Assembly (NCBI GenBank): GCA_949290515.1
Contig: CASERZ010000003.1
Coordinates: 115,464 to 179,463 of the forward strand
Reading direction: 5' to 3'
Origin: an uncultured Christensenella sp.
Lineage (GTDB): Bacteria; Bacillota; Clostridia; Christensenellales; UBA3700
DNA: 64,000 nucleotides
Shown here: piece after piece, positions 43,593-54,407 of the stretch
Numbering within the stretch: the stretch's first letter is position 1
Layout of the letters: every line of letters starts with the position of its first letter
Translations under genes and position numbers: made by a program
Notes under the pieces: model-generated
Told to the model about the DNA's origin: nothing
What the model saw: the letters and a program-made list of their open reading frames with translations, nothing else
Database searches by the model: none

Positions 43593-45058
43593 TTACCATA
43601 AAAGAGGGAGAGATAGAAAAAGACGAAACTTTTTCGCAATCGGATTGCGATAGCCGAAGCTCTCAGCGTCTTCCTTATGCCAAAGAGACGTCTTTGAGCA
43701 CAAAAAAGTTTTTCAGAATATTTTCACGCGGTATAAAATCCAAAGTAGCGCGTATTGTTTTCGGCGCACTGTTTTTGTTTTTGTCTATGTCGGGGCTATG
43801 TATAGGAATTACTCAACCTATATCAGGCTCGGACGGACTTATACGCAAACAAGCGGACCTGTTGGGAGTGGAATTCGTGCAAACCCAAGACAAACAAGAC
43901 GGAAGTTTTTTAGCAACCCGAACCACAATAAGAAATGCAGCGATAATTTTTGTGGATTTTGAAAAAGAACAAGAACACTTCGAGCTGATTGAAGGACACT
44001 TCCCTACAAATCCAAATGAAGCCATAATTTCTGAATACAAAGCAAAATTCGAGAGCTTGGAAATCGGCGATAACGTTTTGACTACTGTCAACGGGATATC
44101 GAGCGCCGAGCAATTAGGGAGCAGGGTTATATGCGGCATATTCAAAAGCGACACTTCGGCTTACAAATTCAAATATATAACGCCTGAGGATTACGAATGG
44201 AAAGTATACTTCACACTTACTGCGCCGTATTGCACTACAAGTTTCCTCACGTTGTTAGAGGAAGAAGCCGTTGCCTCTACAAATAATTCTATCGTCTGCC
44301 AATATAAAAACGAGGAAATAATTGCCGGTAGGTTAATAGACGACACCGCCGTGGAAAGCGAGGTAATTGTATCGACAAAATACATATCGGATAAATACGG
44401 CTATGATTTACAGGATATTAAAGCCAATCCTCAGCAATATTTTTCCCAAATAGACAAAACGGTAGTTTTGAACGGCTACAGTTTCCAAATCGTTGGCTTG
44501 TACGACAACGATTATTCGTCTTGTTTCTTGAAAAAAGGCGCAATTCTTTATCTTGACGCAATTAGCGGATACGTTATGCCGATAGACGAGATAAAAAAAG
44601 ATAATTTCAAATACTCTTTGGTTTACGATAATACTTTTATCAGCGAAGCTATGAAGAACGACACTAATCTCACTCAAATAGGTCTTCCCGTATTTGCCGT
44701 ATTCGCCGTACTTGCGGCGGTGGTAATAATCAATCTCAACATATACGAAATCGACGAGAAAAAAGCTCTCTTCAGAAATATGCGCCTATCGGGTTTCAGC
44801 AAACGCAGTCTTATGGCATACAATCTCGTAGTCGATATGATGCTTGTGGCGACAGCGTTGGTTTTGTTCCTTATCGTAGGATTGCCTATCATATCGCATT
44901 TCCAAATTGTTGAGAGAGAATTCGATTCGATTTATATCTATGCTCTTAACGGCTGGGCTGCGCTTATAGCAATCATAGCAACCGCGGCGATTGCCGTCGT
45001 ATCTTATCTCATCACTCTCAAAAAATTTAATAGGGAGACGGACGTATGCTCGAAATAG
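43589..45058 (+). CDS. FtsX/MacB-type ABC transporter permease
   Basis: ATGA overlap with the upstream ATPase gene. N-terminal TM, a large extracytoplasmic domain, then 3 C-terminal TM helices (FtsX-like topology). Confidence 0.65.
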   Translation: MITIKEGEIEKDETFSQSDCDSRSSQRLPYAKETSLSTKKFFRIFSRGIKSKVARIVFGALFLFLSMSGLCIGITQPISGSDGLIRKQADLLGVEFVQTQDKQDGSFLATRTTIRNAAIIFVDFEKEQEHFELIEGHFPTNPNEAIISEYKAKFESLEIGDNVLTTVNGISSAEQLGSRVICGIFKSDTSAYKFKYITPEDYEWKVYFTLTAPYCTTSFLTLLEEEAVASTNNSIVCQYKNEEIIAGRLIDDTAVESEVIVSTKYISDKYGYDLQDIKANPQQYFSQIDKTVVLNGYSFQIVGLYDNDYSSCFLKKGAILYLDAISGYVMPIDEIKKDNFKYSLVYDNTFISEAMKNDTNLTQIGLPVFAVFAVLAAVVIINLNIYEIDEKKALFRNMRLSGFSKRSLMAYNLVVDMMLVATALVLFLIVGLPIISHFQIVEREFDSIYIYALNGWAALIAIIATAAIAVVSYLITLKKFNRETDVCSK

Positions 45059-47088
45059 TAGGAATAAGCAAAAAATTCAAAAACGTAACCGCGCTTGACA
45101 ACATAAATCTATCTTTTGCCGACAAGGGACTCGTGGCAATACTCGGAGAAAGCGGCAGCGGCAAATCTACTCTATTCAATATCCTTACGGGTATCGTAAA
45201 GCCTGACGGCGGACAAGTGATTTTCAACGGAAATACTCTCAACGAAGACGGCAAGATTAACTCGCAAAACGTATTCGGTATTATATTCCAGGACGGAAAC
45301 CTCTTTGGCGGGCTGACGGTAAAAGAAAATCTCGATATATGTTGTAAAGACGCCGAAAGACAAAACAGGATATTGAAAAATCTCGGCATTAAAAAATATC
45401 TGAACAGCGACGTAAGAAAAATAAGCGGCGGAGAATTGCAGAGAGTGGCGATAGCGCGCGCACTTCTCGATGAAAGCAAAATATTGCTTGCGGACGAACC
45501 GACAGGCTCGCTGGACGAAAAAAACGGCGAAAACGTAATGTCTATCCTAAAAGAATTATCCCTTGACAAACTCGTAATTTTTATTACGCACAACAACGAG
45601 TTTGCCGAGAAATACGCCGACAGAATCATAAAAATACATAATGGCACAATTCAAGAAGACATACAAAACTTCGCGTCTGCACCGCCTCAAAAATCCGACG
45701 ATGACAATCTGTCGGCAAAGCTATCCACAGACAAAGAGGAAACAGAAAAAAAGCAACGTAATCTCTCCTTTTCGTCGCTTAACAAATTCTGCTTTAACAA
45801 ACTCAAACATTCTTTTGCAAAAAGCATAACTTCCATAATAGTCTTTTCGGTATTGCTCGCGCTTATCGCAATATCGGCGGCTTTTCTTATGGCAGACTGC
45901 CGCTCCGAATATCTGAAAAGTCTCAGACAATACGATTATTCAGAGCTATACAACGACAAAGATATGTCCGTATTCGCACAAAAACTCGAAGGCGGAGATA
46001 TGACGGGGCTTACGCGCTATTACCGCTTTGCGTGGGTGGACGGTATGTGCGATAAAATCATTGTAGACGACACACTCAAAGACGACGAAATCAAATTGGG
46101 TTACTTCACCGCAGAGGCTATAAATTACCGCACCGATACGCCCAAATACGTCGGCGACGAGATAGACTACAACGGATACTCTTTTACCTATAAGGAAATA
46201 GTGGAACAAACTTCCGACAGCGACTTAATAAATATAAACAGCGCGGTATATCTCAATCAAAAAACCGCCGAAAAGATTATACTTAATTCGCAAATAGAAG
46301 TAAGACTTACCCATATACCCGAAAGCGTCGTAGTATTATGCGACGATACTCTCGAAGAAGGCGAGTGCATAATCGACTTCGGACTGTATTATTATCTCGC
46401 TCAGCACAATCCTTTCTATATAGATTTGAGAATGAAAACAGTCGAATGGGAAATAAGCAACTCCGGTACACGCCTCTATAAAAAACTCTATACCATTCAG
46501 AGCGTTGACAACGAAGTAGAAGATATATCCGTATTGACGCTTTACGTATCCCCTACAGACTATGAAGAGATAAAGGTAGCAAGAATGTTTTACGGTTATC
46601 TTTTAAAATCGGATGACAAAGCTACAATAGAATATTGGTGGGACAGAGGCGTGGATATATACAATGAGGGATTTCATACCTATCTCGAAACGCAGGAGGA
46701 ATGGGCGAAAGCCGTACCTTATCTTTGGCTGGTTCTCATCGTAGGCATTGTATTCAGTGCATTATATATGGTAACTCTCCTCAATCACGTCAGCGCAACC
46801 AACATACGCGAATTGTATATTCTCAAAACCTTGCGCGTAGGCGACAGAAGCATCTTTTCACTGCTGGTATTGCAAAGTTTGCACGTGCTTATTTTTGCCA
46901 ACGTACTAACTTCAGTATTCAATATCGTGACAAAAACGCTTATAGCTAAGAGTATAGCTTTTCTGTCGCTTAAAGTAGCGGCAAGTACGGCAATAGTATT
47001 CTTCGTATCGCTCGCGATAACTTTGATAGTCTGCGCAATCAAAACAAAAATAATGAATAAAAAATTCGATATCAACAAGATAAGATAA
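45046..47088 (+). CDS. fused ABC ATPase - FtsX-like permease
   Basis: N-terminal GESGSGKST, ISGGELQRVAIARAL and LLADEPTGSLD. C-terminal TM, large loop, then 3 TM helices. 13-nt overlap with the upstream gene. Confidence 0.8.
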   Translation: MLEIVGISKKFKNVTALDNINLSFADKGLVAILGESGSGKSTLFNILTGIVKPDGGQVIFNGNTLNEDGKINSQNVFGIIFQDGNLFGGLTVKENLDICCKDAERQNRILKNLGIKKYLNSDVRKISGGELQRVAIARALLDESKILLADEPTGSLDEKNGENVMSILKELSLDKLVIFITHNNEFAEKYADRIIKIHNGTIQEDIQNFASAPPQKSDDDNLSAKLSTDKEETEKKQRNLSFSSLNKFCFNKLKHSFAKSITSIIVFSVLLALIAISAAFLMADCRSEYLKSLRQYDYSELYNDKDMSVFAQKLEGGDMTGLTRYYRFAWVDGMCDKIIVDDTLKDDEIKLGYFTAEAINYRTDTPKYVGDEIDYNGYSFTYKEIVEQTSDSDLININSAVYLNQKTAEKIILNSQIEVRLTHIPESVVVLCDDTLEEGECIIDFGLYYYLAQHNPFYIDLRMKTVEWEISNSGTRLYKKLYTIQSVDNEVEDISVLTLYVSPTDYEEIKVARMFYGYLLKSDDKATIEYWWDRGVDIYNEGFHTYLETQEEWAKAVPYLWLVLIVGIVFSALYMVTLLNHVSATNIRELYILKTLRVGDRSIFSLLVLQSLHVLIFANVLTSVFNIVTKTLIAKSIAFLSLKVAASTAIVFFVSLAITLIVCAIKTKIMNKKFDINKIR

Positions 47089-47152
47089 CTTCTGCCGCAG
47101 CGAAAAAACATTGCGACTTATTTGGCAAGAAGAAAACTGATTTTGCTATAAC

Positions 47153-47180
47153 AAAAAGACGGCACGTGCCGTCTTTTTTA
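47153..47180. terminator. bidirectional terminator
   Basis: aaagacggcac/gtgccgtcttt perfect palindrome flanked by A and T runs. Confidence 0.8.
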
Positions 47181-47243
47181 TGCTATTTATTAAATTTTAA
47201 CTTTGATTGCAAAGCATACGCAAAATATACGCTTTGCGTAGTA

Positions 47244-48434
47244 TTACTTGTCTTGCAGAAGTTCAACAAGTCTTCTTGCAGCTTCCTTTGTATCCTCTAC
47301 GCTTCCGAAAGTCGAAAAACGGAAGTAGCCTTCGCCGCAACTGCCGAAACCTTCGCCGGGAGTGCCGACGATTTGCGCCTTGTCGAGAAGATAATCGAAA
47401 AATTCCCAGCTGGACATACCTTTAGGACACTTGAGCCATATATAGGGAGCGTTTTTGCCGCCGCAATACCAAATACCGAGTTTGTCGAGCGCTGCCATAA
47501 TGCACTTTGCGTTTTGCTTGTAAATTGCTATATTCTCGTATATTTCTTTGAGCCCCTCGTCGGTAAACACAGCCGCCGCGCCTCTTTGCAAAATATAAGA
47601 TACGCCGTTGGTCTTGGTGGTACGGTTGCGCACCCACATTGCATTGAGATTCATACCGCCCCTTTCGAGTTCTTTGGGGATTACGGTATAGCCGCAACGG
47701 GTACCCGTAAAACCTGCCGTCTTGGAAAGCGAACAGATTTCTATCGCGCAAGTACGCGCGCCGTCAATCTGGAAAATACTGTGGGGAAGCGTATCGTCCT
47801 CTATAAACGCCTCGTAAGCCGCGTCAAACAATATTACCGCGCCGCGTGCGTTTGCCCAGTCTACCCACTTCTTAAGACTTTGTTTGTCGAATACCGCGCC
47901 CGTAGGGTTGTTGGGAGAACAGATATACACCAAATCTGCTTTTACGCTCTCGTCGGGAAGAGGCAAAAATCCGTTTTCCTTGCCGGAAGAGAGATGCAGT
48001 ATTTCTCTGCCTACCATTACGTTGGCGTCGACGTATGCGGGATAAGCGGGCTCGATTACGAGTACGCTGTCCGACTTGTCGAAAAGGTCGAGAATATCGC
48101 CGAGTTCGTCGCTCGCGCCGGAGGATACGAACACTTCGTCTTCTAATAGTTTTACGCCTCTTTTCTCATAATATCCCGCTACGGCTTTCTTGAAAAAGTC
48201 CGCGCCGCACTCGGGCATATATCCGTGGAAAGTAGACTTGTTTGCCTGGTCGTCAACCGCCTTGTGCAAAGCGTCGATTACCGTTTTGCAAAGGGGCAGA
48301 GATACGTCGCCTATGCCTAATCTCAGCACTCTCGAGCCCTTATGCTCGTCGAGATACTTTGCTACCTTCTGCGATATTCTGTAAAAGAGATAGGAATCTT
48401 TGAGATTGTTGTAATTTGTGTTGGGTTTTAACAT
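47244..48434 (-). CDS. dapL: LL-diaminopimelate aminotransferase
   Basis: NYNNLKDSYLFYRISQKV..., LRLGIGDVSLPL, CSPNNPTG and SLSKTAGFTGTRCGY (PLP lysine) follow the DapL pattern. The ATG at 48434 follows AGGAG. Confidence 0.8.
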   Translation of the reverse strand: MLKPNTNYNNLKDSYLFYRISQKVAKYLDEHKGSRVLRLGIGDVSLPLCKTVIDALHKAVDDQANKSTFHGYMPECGADFFKKAVAGYYEKRGVKLLEDEVFVSSGASDELGDILDLFDKSDSVLVIEPAYPAYVDANVMVGREILHLSSGKENGFLPLPDESVKADLVYICSPNNPTGAVFDKQSLKKWVDWANARGAVILFDAAYEAFIEDDTLPHSIFQIDGARTCAIEICSLSKTAGFTGTRCGYTVIPKELERGGMNLNAMWVRNRTTKTNGVSYILQRGAAAVFTDEGLKEIYENIAIYKQNAKCIMAALDKLGIWYCGGKNAPYIWLKCPKGMSSWEFFDYLLDKAQIVGTPGEGFGSCGEGYFRFSTFGSVEDTKEAARRLVELLQDK

Positions 48435-48555
48435 ATTTACTCCTATATTAGTTTGATTTACTGGCGGTTGAACCATTAGCTATTTTCGTCAATTTGTTGC
48501 TTATATGCGCTCAAAGAGGCTGTATGCCTCTTTGACTTCTTTGAAGTTCGTATAG

Positions 48556-51500
48556 TTATTCTGCGTCTATGGTCGATACGCTCATAGTGATTTCTTCGAG
48601 TACGTCGAGAAGTACCCTTACCGTATCGAGCGCTGTGAATACCGTAACGTTGTTTTCTATAGCGCACTGACGAATAGCCGAACCGTCCGCCATTTTGTTT
48701 TCCGCGCTTACGTCGCGGGTGTTGATAACGTAGGTTACGTAGCCCTGACGTATGGAGTCGAGAATATCCGTCGAGCCTTCGCTTATCTTCTTGCGTGGAC
48801 GCGTCTTGATACCGTGTTCCTTGAGGAATTTAGCCGTACCTTCGGTAGCCTCGATATTGAAACCTAAGTTGTAGAATCTTCTAATCAACGGCAAAGCCTC
48901 TTGCTTGTCGTTGTCGGCAATTGTAGCTAGTACCGTGCCGTAATTCTGCACCTTTACGCCCGACGCCTGCAAAGCCTTGTACAACGCTCTGTTGAGCGCC
49001 TTGTCGTAGCCTATTGCCTCGCCCGTAGATTTCATCTCGGGAGAAAGATAGGAGTCCATACCTCTCAATTTGGAGAAAGAGAAAGCGGGAGCTTTTGCGT
49101 ACCATCTCTTTTTCTCGGGAGGATAGCTGATTGCGTAGCCCTGTTCTTTGAGGCTCTTGCCTAGTATTACGAGCGTAGCGATATCCGCCAAATCGTACCC
49201 CGTAGCTTTCGAGAGGAAAGGCACTGTACGCGACGAACGGGGATTTACCTCTATGATATATACGTTGTCGTCCTTGTCGACGATAAACTGTATATTGTAA
49301 AGTCCCACGATACCTATGCCCTTGCCGAGTTTTTGCGTGTAATCGATAATGGTCTTTTTAACTTTTTCGCTGATACTGAAAGTAGGATATACGCTTATGG
49401 AGTCGCCCGAGTGTACACCCGTACGCTCTACGAGTTCCATAATACCGGGAACGAATACGTCCTTGCCGTCGCATACAGCGTCAACCTCGACTTCCTTACC
49501 CTGAATATACTTGTCTACGAGTACGGGCTTGTCCTCGTCGATTTCAACTGCCGTCTTGAGATAATGTTTGAGCTGTTCTTCGCCGGCGACTATTCTCATA
49601 GCTCTGCCGCCGAGTACGAAGCTGGGACGTACGAGTACGGGATAGCCTATCTCTTTAGCGGCTTGAAGTCCGTCTTCTATCTTGGTTACGGCTCTGCCCT
49701 TAGGCTGAGGTATATTCAAGGACAAAAGCAGCTTTTCGAACGCGTCGCGGTTTTCCGCCTTTTCGATAGCGTCGCAGTCGGTACCTATAATCTTCGCACC
49801 TCTCTCCATAAGCGATTCGGCAAGATTGATTGCCGTCTGACCGCCTAGCGAAGCTATTACGCCTACGGGTTTTTCCATCTCGATAATGTTCATAACGTCT
49901 TCGGTGCACAGAGGTTCGAAGTACAGCTTGTCCGCCGTGGTGTAATCGGTCGATACGGTTTCGGGGTTGTTGTTGATGATAATAGCCTCGAAACCCGACC
50001 TCTTTATCGTCTTGACCGCGTGTACGGTCGAATAGTCGAATTCCACGCCCTGACCTATACGTATAGGACCGCTGCCGAGCACGATGACCTTTTTCTTATC
50101 CGAAACCTTGGATTCGTTTTCCTCCTCGTAGGTCGAATAGAAGTAAGGTATATAGCTGTCAAATTCTGCCGCACAGCTGTCTATCATTTTGTATACGGGG
50201 ACAATGCCGTTGTCCTTTCTCAGCTTGTTGACTTCGCTCTCTTTCATCTGCCAGAGCTTGGCAACAGCCTTATCTGAAAAGCCCATTCTCTTGGCTTCTT
50301 TAAGCACGTCGATATTACCTACGTTTGCCGTGAGTTTCTTTTCCTCGTCTACGATATTCTTGAATTTGCGGACAAACAGCTCGTCAATTTTGGTAATATG
50401 CGCTATTCTGTCTATGCTCTCGCCCATTCTCAAAAGCTGAGCTATTGCATATATTCTGTCGTCCGTACCGATAGAGATATAGTGCAGAAGTTCGTCTCTG
50501 CTCATCGTATCGAATTTGGGCATATACATATGATATACGCCTATCTCTAGCGAACGGATAGCTTTGAGCAAACTTTCCTCTATCGTTCTGCCTACGCTCA
50601 TTACCTCGCCCGTAGCTTTCATCTGAGTACCGAGCTTGTTGTTGGCGTCGGCAAACTTATCGAAGGGGAAACGGGGCATCTTGGTAACTACGTAGTCAAG
50701 CGAAGGCTCGAATGACGCGGGTGTATTGGCAAGCATAATTTCGTCGAGGTTCATTCCTATGCCTATCTGCGCGGAAACTCTCGCGATAGGATATCCGCTC
50801 GCCTTGGAAGCAAGCGCGGACGAACGCGAAACTCTGGGGTTTACCTCGATGAGATAATACTGGAAGGACTTGGGGTCGAGTGCGAATTGCACGTTGCAGC
50901 CGCCCTCTATCTTGAGTTCTCTTATTATCTTGAGCGCGCTGTCTCTGAGCATCTGATATTCTCTGTTGGTCAGCGTCTGCGAGGGACATACTACTATGGA
51001 GTCGCCCGTGTGTATTCCTACGGGGTCGATGTTTTCCATATTACATATCGCGATAGCTGTATCGTTGGCGTCGCGCATAACCTCGTATTCGATTTCCTTG
51101 TAGCCCTTGATACTCTTCTCGACGAGTACCTGATGCACGGGGGACAAACTCAAAGCGTTTTTGATAATCTCCAAAAACTCCTCTTCGTTGTCGGCAAAGC
51201 CGCCGCCCGTACCGCCGAGAGTAAAAGCGGGACGGAGCACTACGGGATAGCCTATCTTTTCTACCGCCTCTAATCCCTCTTCGATAGTATTGGCAATCTG
51301 CGAAGGAAGCACAGGCTCGCCGAGACTTTCGCAAAGTTCCTTGAAAAGCTCTCTGTCCTCGGCTCTCTCTATACTCTTTACGTCCGTACCGAGAAGCTCT
51401 ACGCGACACTCCTTGAGTACGCCTTTCTTCTCGAGCTGTATGGCAAGGTTGAGTCCCGTCTGCCCGCCTATGCCGGGTATAATCGCGTCGGGACGCTCGT

Positions 51501-51738
51501 ATCTGATTATTTTAGCGAGATACTCAAGCGTCAAAGGTTCCATATATACCTTGTCTGCTATCGACGTATCCGTCATTATGGTAGCGGGGTTTGAGTTGCA
51601 AAGCACTACTTCGTAACCCTGCTCTTTGAGCGCAAGACAAGCCTGCGTACCCGCATAGTCGAATTCTGCCGCCTGACCTATTACGATAGGTCCGCTGCCT
51701 ATAACAAGAACTTTCTTTATATCCGTACGCTTAGGCAT
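48556..51738 (-). CDS. carB: carbamoyl-phosphate synthase large subunit
   Basis: 1060 aa. Duplicated ATP-grasp halves. [33 protein letters not shown] start. Confidence 0.97.
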   Translation of the reverse strand: MPKRTDIKKVLVIGSGPIVIGQAAEFDYAGTQACLALKEQGYEVVLCNSNPATIMTDTSIADKVYMEPLTLEYLAKIIRYERPDAIIPGIGGQTGLNLAIQLEKKGVLKECRVELLGTDVKSIERAEDRELFKELCESLGEPVLPSQIANTIEEGLEAVEKIGYPVVLRPAFTLGGTGGGFADNEEEFLEIIKNALSLSPVHQVLVEKSIKGYKEIEYEVMRDANDTAIAICNMENIDPVGIHTGDSIVVCPSQTLTNREYQMLRDSALKIIRELKIEGGCNVQFALDPKSFQYYLIEVNPRVSRSSALASKASGYPIARVSAQIGIGMNLDEIMLANTPASFEPSLDYVVTKMPRFPFDKFADANNKLGTQMKATGEVMSVGRTIEESLLKAIRSLEIGVYHMYMPKFDTMSRDELLHYISIGTDDRIYAIAQLLRMGESIDRIAHITKIDELFVRKFKNIVDEEKKLTANVGNIDVLKEAKRMGFSDKAVAKLWQMKESEVNKLRKDNGIVPVYKMIDSCAAEFDSYIPYFYSTYEEENESKVSDKKKVIVLGSGPIRIGQGVEFDYSTVHAVKTIKRSGFEAIIINNNPETVSTDYTTADKLYFEPLCTEDVMNIIEMEKPVGVIASLGGQTAINLAESLMERGAKIIGTDCDAIEKAENRDAFEKLLLSLNIPQPKGRAVTKIEDGLQAAKEIGYPVLVRPSFVLGGRAMRIVAGEEQLKHYLKTAVEIDEDKPVLVDKYIQGKEVEVDAVCDGKDVFVPGIMELVERTGVHSGDSISVYPTFSISEKVKKTIIDYTQKLGKGIGIVGLYNIQFIVDKDDNVYIIEVNPRSSRTVPFLSKATGYDLADIATLVILGKSLKEQGYAISYPPEKKRWYAKAPAFSFSKLRGMDSYLSPEMKSTGEAIGYDKALNRALYKALQASGVKVQNYGTVLATIADNDKQEALPLIRRFYNLGFNIEATEGTAKFLKEHGIKTRPRKKISEGSTDILDSIRQGYVTYVINTRDVSAENKMADGSAIRQCAIENNVTVFTALDTVRVLLDVLEEITMSVSTIDAE

Positions 51739-52825
51739 TTTTCTTACCCTCCTCTATGTTTCTTATAAACTTGTCGAACAAGTACGCACTGTCCTGAGGA
51801 CCGGGACAACTCTCGGGGTGATACTGTACGCTGAAGATGTTGTCTTTGACGCACTCTACACCCTCTACCGTATTGTCGAGAATATTCATATGCGTAACCG
51901 TAAGGTCGGTACCCTCTACGCTCTTCGCGTCAACCGCGTAAGAGTGGTTTTGCGCCGTAACCTCTATCTTGCCCGTCTTCAAGTCCTTGACGGGATGGTT
52001 GCCGCCTCTGTGTCCGAATTTGAGTTTGTAGGTCTTAGCCCCGTAAGCAAGCGAGATGAGCTGATGACCGAGACATATTCCGAATATAGGATACTTGCCT
52101 TTGATTTCTTTTATGAGATTGATTACGGGCACTACGTCCTCGGGGTCTCCGGGGCCGTTGGAGAAAAATACTCCGTCGGGTCGCATAGCCTCTATCTTCT
52201 CAGCCGTGGTATTCCAGGGCACAACCACTACGTCGAAACCTCTTTTATTGAGCGAGCGGATAATGTTATGCTTTATTCCGCAATCCACAGCGACTACCTT
52301 GTAAGCCGCGTCCTGAGCTTTGCTCTCCCACGCTTTTTTACAACTTACTTTGGAAACTCCGTCCCTCGGCACCTCGTTGCGTGCGAGTATTTTCAACGCC
52401 TCGTCGAGAGGAGTGGAAGCCGCGGTCGTCAGTATCTTACAGCTTCCCAAATCGCGTATTCTTCTCGTCAGCTTTCTCGTGTCTATCCCCGATATGCCCG
52501 TAACTCCGTATTTTTCCATTACCTCGCCGAGCGACTCTACGCTGCCCCAGTTGGAGGGAAAATCGTTGTATTCTCTTACGACAAGTCCGCCTATCGTGGG
52601 GGTCTTGGTTTCGTAGTCCCACGAAGTCATACCGTAGTTGCCTATGAGCGGATAAGTCATAACTACCGTCTGGTAGGTATAAGACGGGTCGGACAATATC
52701 TCCTGATAACCCGCCATAGAAGTATTGAATACCAGCTCCGTTACCTTCTGCTCTTTCGCGCCGAATGCGTAACCGTAGTATTCCGTACCGTCTTCAAAAA
52801 CTATCTTTGCGTCGAATTCCTTCAT
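51731..52825 (-). CDS. carA: carbamoyl-phosphate synthase small (glutaminase) subunit
   Basis: [11 protein letters not shown] (catalytic Cys) and QYHPE. Overlaps the carB start by 8 nt. Confidence 0.95.
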   Translation of the reverse strand: MKEFDAKIVFEDGTEYYGYAFGAKEQKVTELVFNTSMAGYQEILSDPSYTYQTVVMTYPLIGNYGMTSWDYETKTPTIGGLVVREYNDFPSNWGSVESLGEVMEKYGVTGISGIDTRKLTRRIRDLGSCKILTTAASTPLDEALKILARNEVPRDGVSKVSCKKAWESKAQDAAYKVVAVDCGIKHNIIRSLNKRGFDVVVVPWNTTAEKIEAMRPDGVFFSNGPGDPEDVVPVINLIKEIKGKYPIFGICLGHQLISLAYGAKTYKLKFGHRGGNHPVKDLKTGKIEVTAQNHSYAVDAKSVEGTDLTVTHMNILDNTVEGVECVKDNIFSVQYHPESCPGPQDSAYLFDKFIRNIEEGKKNA

Positions 52826-52882
52826 ATATCCTCTCTGTTTTTTCTAATGATTATATCCGTATTTCCGTTAATTTGTCAATTA

Positions 52883-54313
52883 TCAGTCGTCTTCTTTTTC
52901 GGAAAGTTTTCTCTCAAACCTGTCCTTCTTTCCCTCGTACACTTTCGTGGGGTACTCTCCGCAGAAACAAGCCGCACAGAAATCGTCCGAATCTATGAGT
53001 TTGCTCAAGTCCTCGAAGGGCAGATATCCCAGACTGTCGGCTCCTATCATCTTGCAAATCTCGTCTACGGAGTGATTGACCGCAATGAGATTTTCTCTCG
53101 AATCTATGTCCGTGCCGTAATAACAGGGATAGAGGAAGGGAGGCGCGGATATGCGCATATGTATCTCCTTGGCTCCCGCCATTCTGAGCTGAGTAACTAT
53201 ACGTCTGCTTGTCGTGCCTCTGACAATCGAGTCGTCGATAAGCACTACTCTCTTGCCCTCTACGGTATCCGCAATAGGGTTGAGCTTTATGTTGACGAGA
53301 TTTGCTCTGTCGTCCTGTCCCGGCGTGATAAACGTTCTGCCGATATACTTGTTTTTGATAAATCCTATGCCGTAAGGGATTCCCGATTGCTTGCTGTAAC
53401 CGAGCGCGGCATCCAGTCCCGAATCGGGCACGCCTATTACTACGTCAGCTTCGACAGGATGAGCCTTTGCAAGCATCTCTCCCGCTCTTTCTCTCGATTT
53501 ATGTACGGACACGCCGTCGATAACCGAATCGGGACGCGCAAAATAAATGTACTCGAAAATACATCTCGACAACTTCTTTTGTTTGCCGCAGTGAGTGCGG
53601 TTGGAATGTACGCCCTCGTCGTCGAACACGACTATTTCTCCCGCCTCTATATCTCTCACGTACTTCGCGCCTACCGCTTTGAGCGCGCAACTCTCGGACG
53701 CGACTATATACGCGTTGGAGGGCGTTATGCCGTAGCAAAGAGGACGGAAACCCTGAGGGTCTCTCGCCGCTATAAGTTTTGTGGGGGTCATAAGTACGAG
53801 CGAATAAGCTCCTTCGATTTTGTTGAAAACCTCGCTCAAAGCCTTTTCCGTGGAAGGCGCGGTAAGTCTTTCTTTTGTGATGAGATAAGCTATTATCTCG
53901 GTATCGCAAGTGGTATGGAAAATCGCTCCCGTCATCTCGAGCTGCTCTCTCAAGTTGTAAGCGTTGGAAAGATTGCCGTTGTGCGCGATAGCTATTCTTC
54001 CCTTTCTGTGGTTGACCTCGATAGGCTGACAGTTGTTGCGGTTGGTCGCTCCCGTAGTGCCGTATCTCACGTGACCTACCGCTATTTTGCCCTGAGGCAG
54101 TCTTGCCATTACGTCCTTCGTGAACACTTCGTTGACAAGCCCCAAATCCTTGTGCGAGCAGAAAATGCCGTCATCGTTGACTACTATTCCGCAACTCTCC
54201 TGACCTCTGTGCTGCAGCGCGTACAAACCGTAGTATACGTACTTTGCCACATTTGACGGAGCGGGCGCAAATATACCGAATACTCCGCACTCCTCGTTGA
54301 CTTCTCCTTGCAT
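52883..54313 (-). CDS. purF: amidophosphoribosyltransferase (propeptide-containing, Fe-S type)
   Basis: MQGEVNEECGVFGIF has an 8-residue propeptide before the nucleophile Cys, as in B. subtilis PurF. Also DDSIVRGTT (PRPP motif) and C-terminal CAACFCGEYP cluster cysteines. Confidence 0.95.
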   Translation of the reverse strand: MQGEVNEECGVFGIFAPAPSNVAKYVYYGLYALQHRGQESCGIVVNDDGIFCSHKDLGLVNEVFTKDVMARLPQGKIAVGHVRYGTTGATNRNNCQPIEVNHRKGRIAIAHNGNLSNAYNLREQLEMTGAIFHTTCDTEIIAYLITKERLTAPSTEKALSEVFNKIEGAYSLVLMTPTKLIAARDPQGFRPLCYGITPSNAYIVASESCALKAVGAKYVRDIEAGEIVVFDDEGVHSNRTHCGKQKKLSRCIFEYIYFARPDSVIDGVSVHKSRERAGEMLAKAHPVEADVVIGVPDSGLDAALGYSKQSGIPYGIGFIKNKYIGRTFITPGQDDRANLVNIKLNPIADTVEGKRVVLIDDSIVRGTTSRRIVTQLRMAGAKEIHMRISAPPFLYPCYYGTDIDSRENLIAVNHSVDEICKMIGADSLGYLPFEDLSKLIDSDDFCAACFCGEYPTKVYEGKKDRFERKLSEKEDD

Positions 54314-54375
54314 ATTAACTCCTCCGAAATTCCTTTTACTCTTTCCTTTTCCGTATATTAATGCGTTAAATCGCG

Positions 54376-54405
54376 AAAAACGCAGGCGGATAAATCCGCT
54401 TGCGC
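54376..54405 (-). terminator. rho-independent terminator downstream of guaA
   Basis: gcgcaagcgg-attta-tccgcctgcg followed by ttttt on the minus strand. Confidence 0.7.
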
Positions 54406-54407
54406 TT

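Noticed and set aside
9456-47180. Three look-alike elements AAAAAGACGGC-loop-GCCGTCTTTTT at about 9461-9487, 42603-42631 and 47153-47180, considered as a dispersed repeat family
   Set aside because: Each sits exactly at the 3' end of a transcription unit and is only a stem of about 7-11 bp with A/T runs. The loops and flanks differ. Convergent terminator sequence is the simplest explanation.
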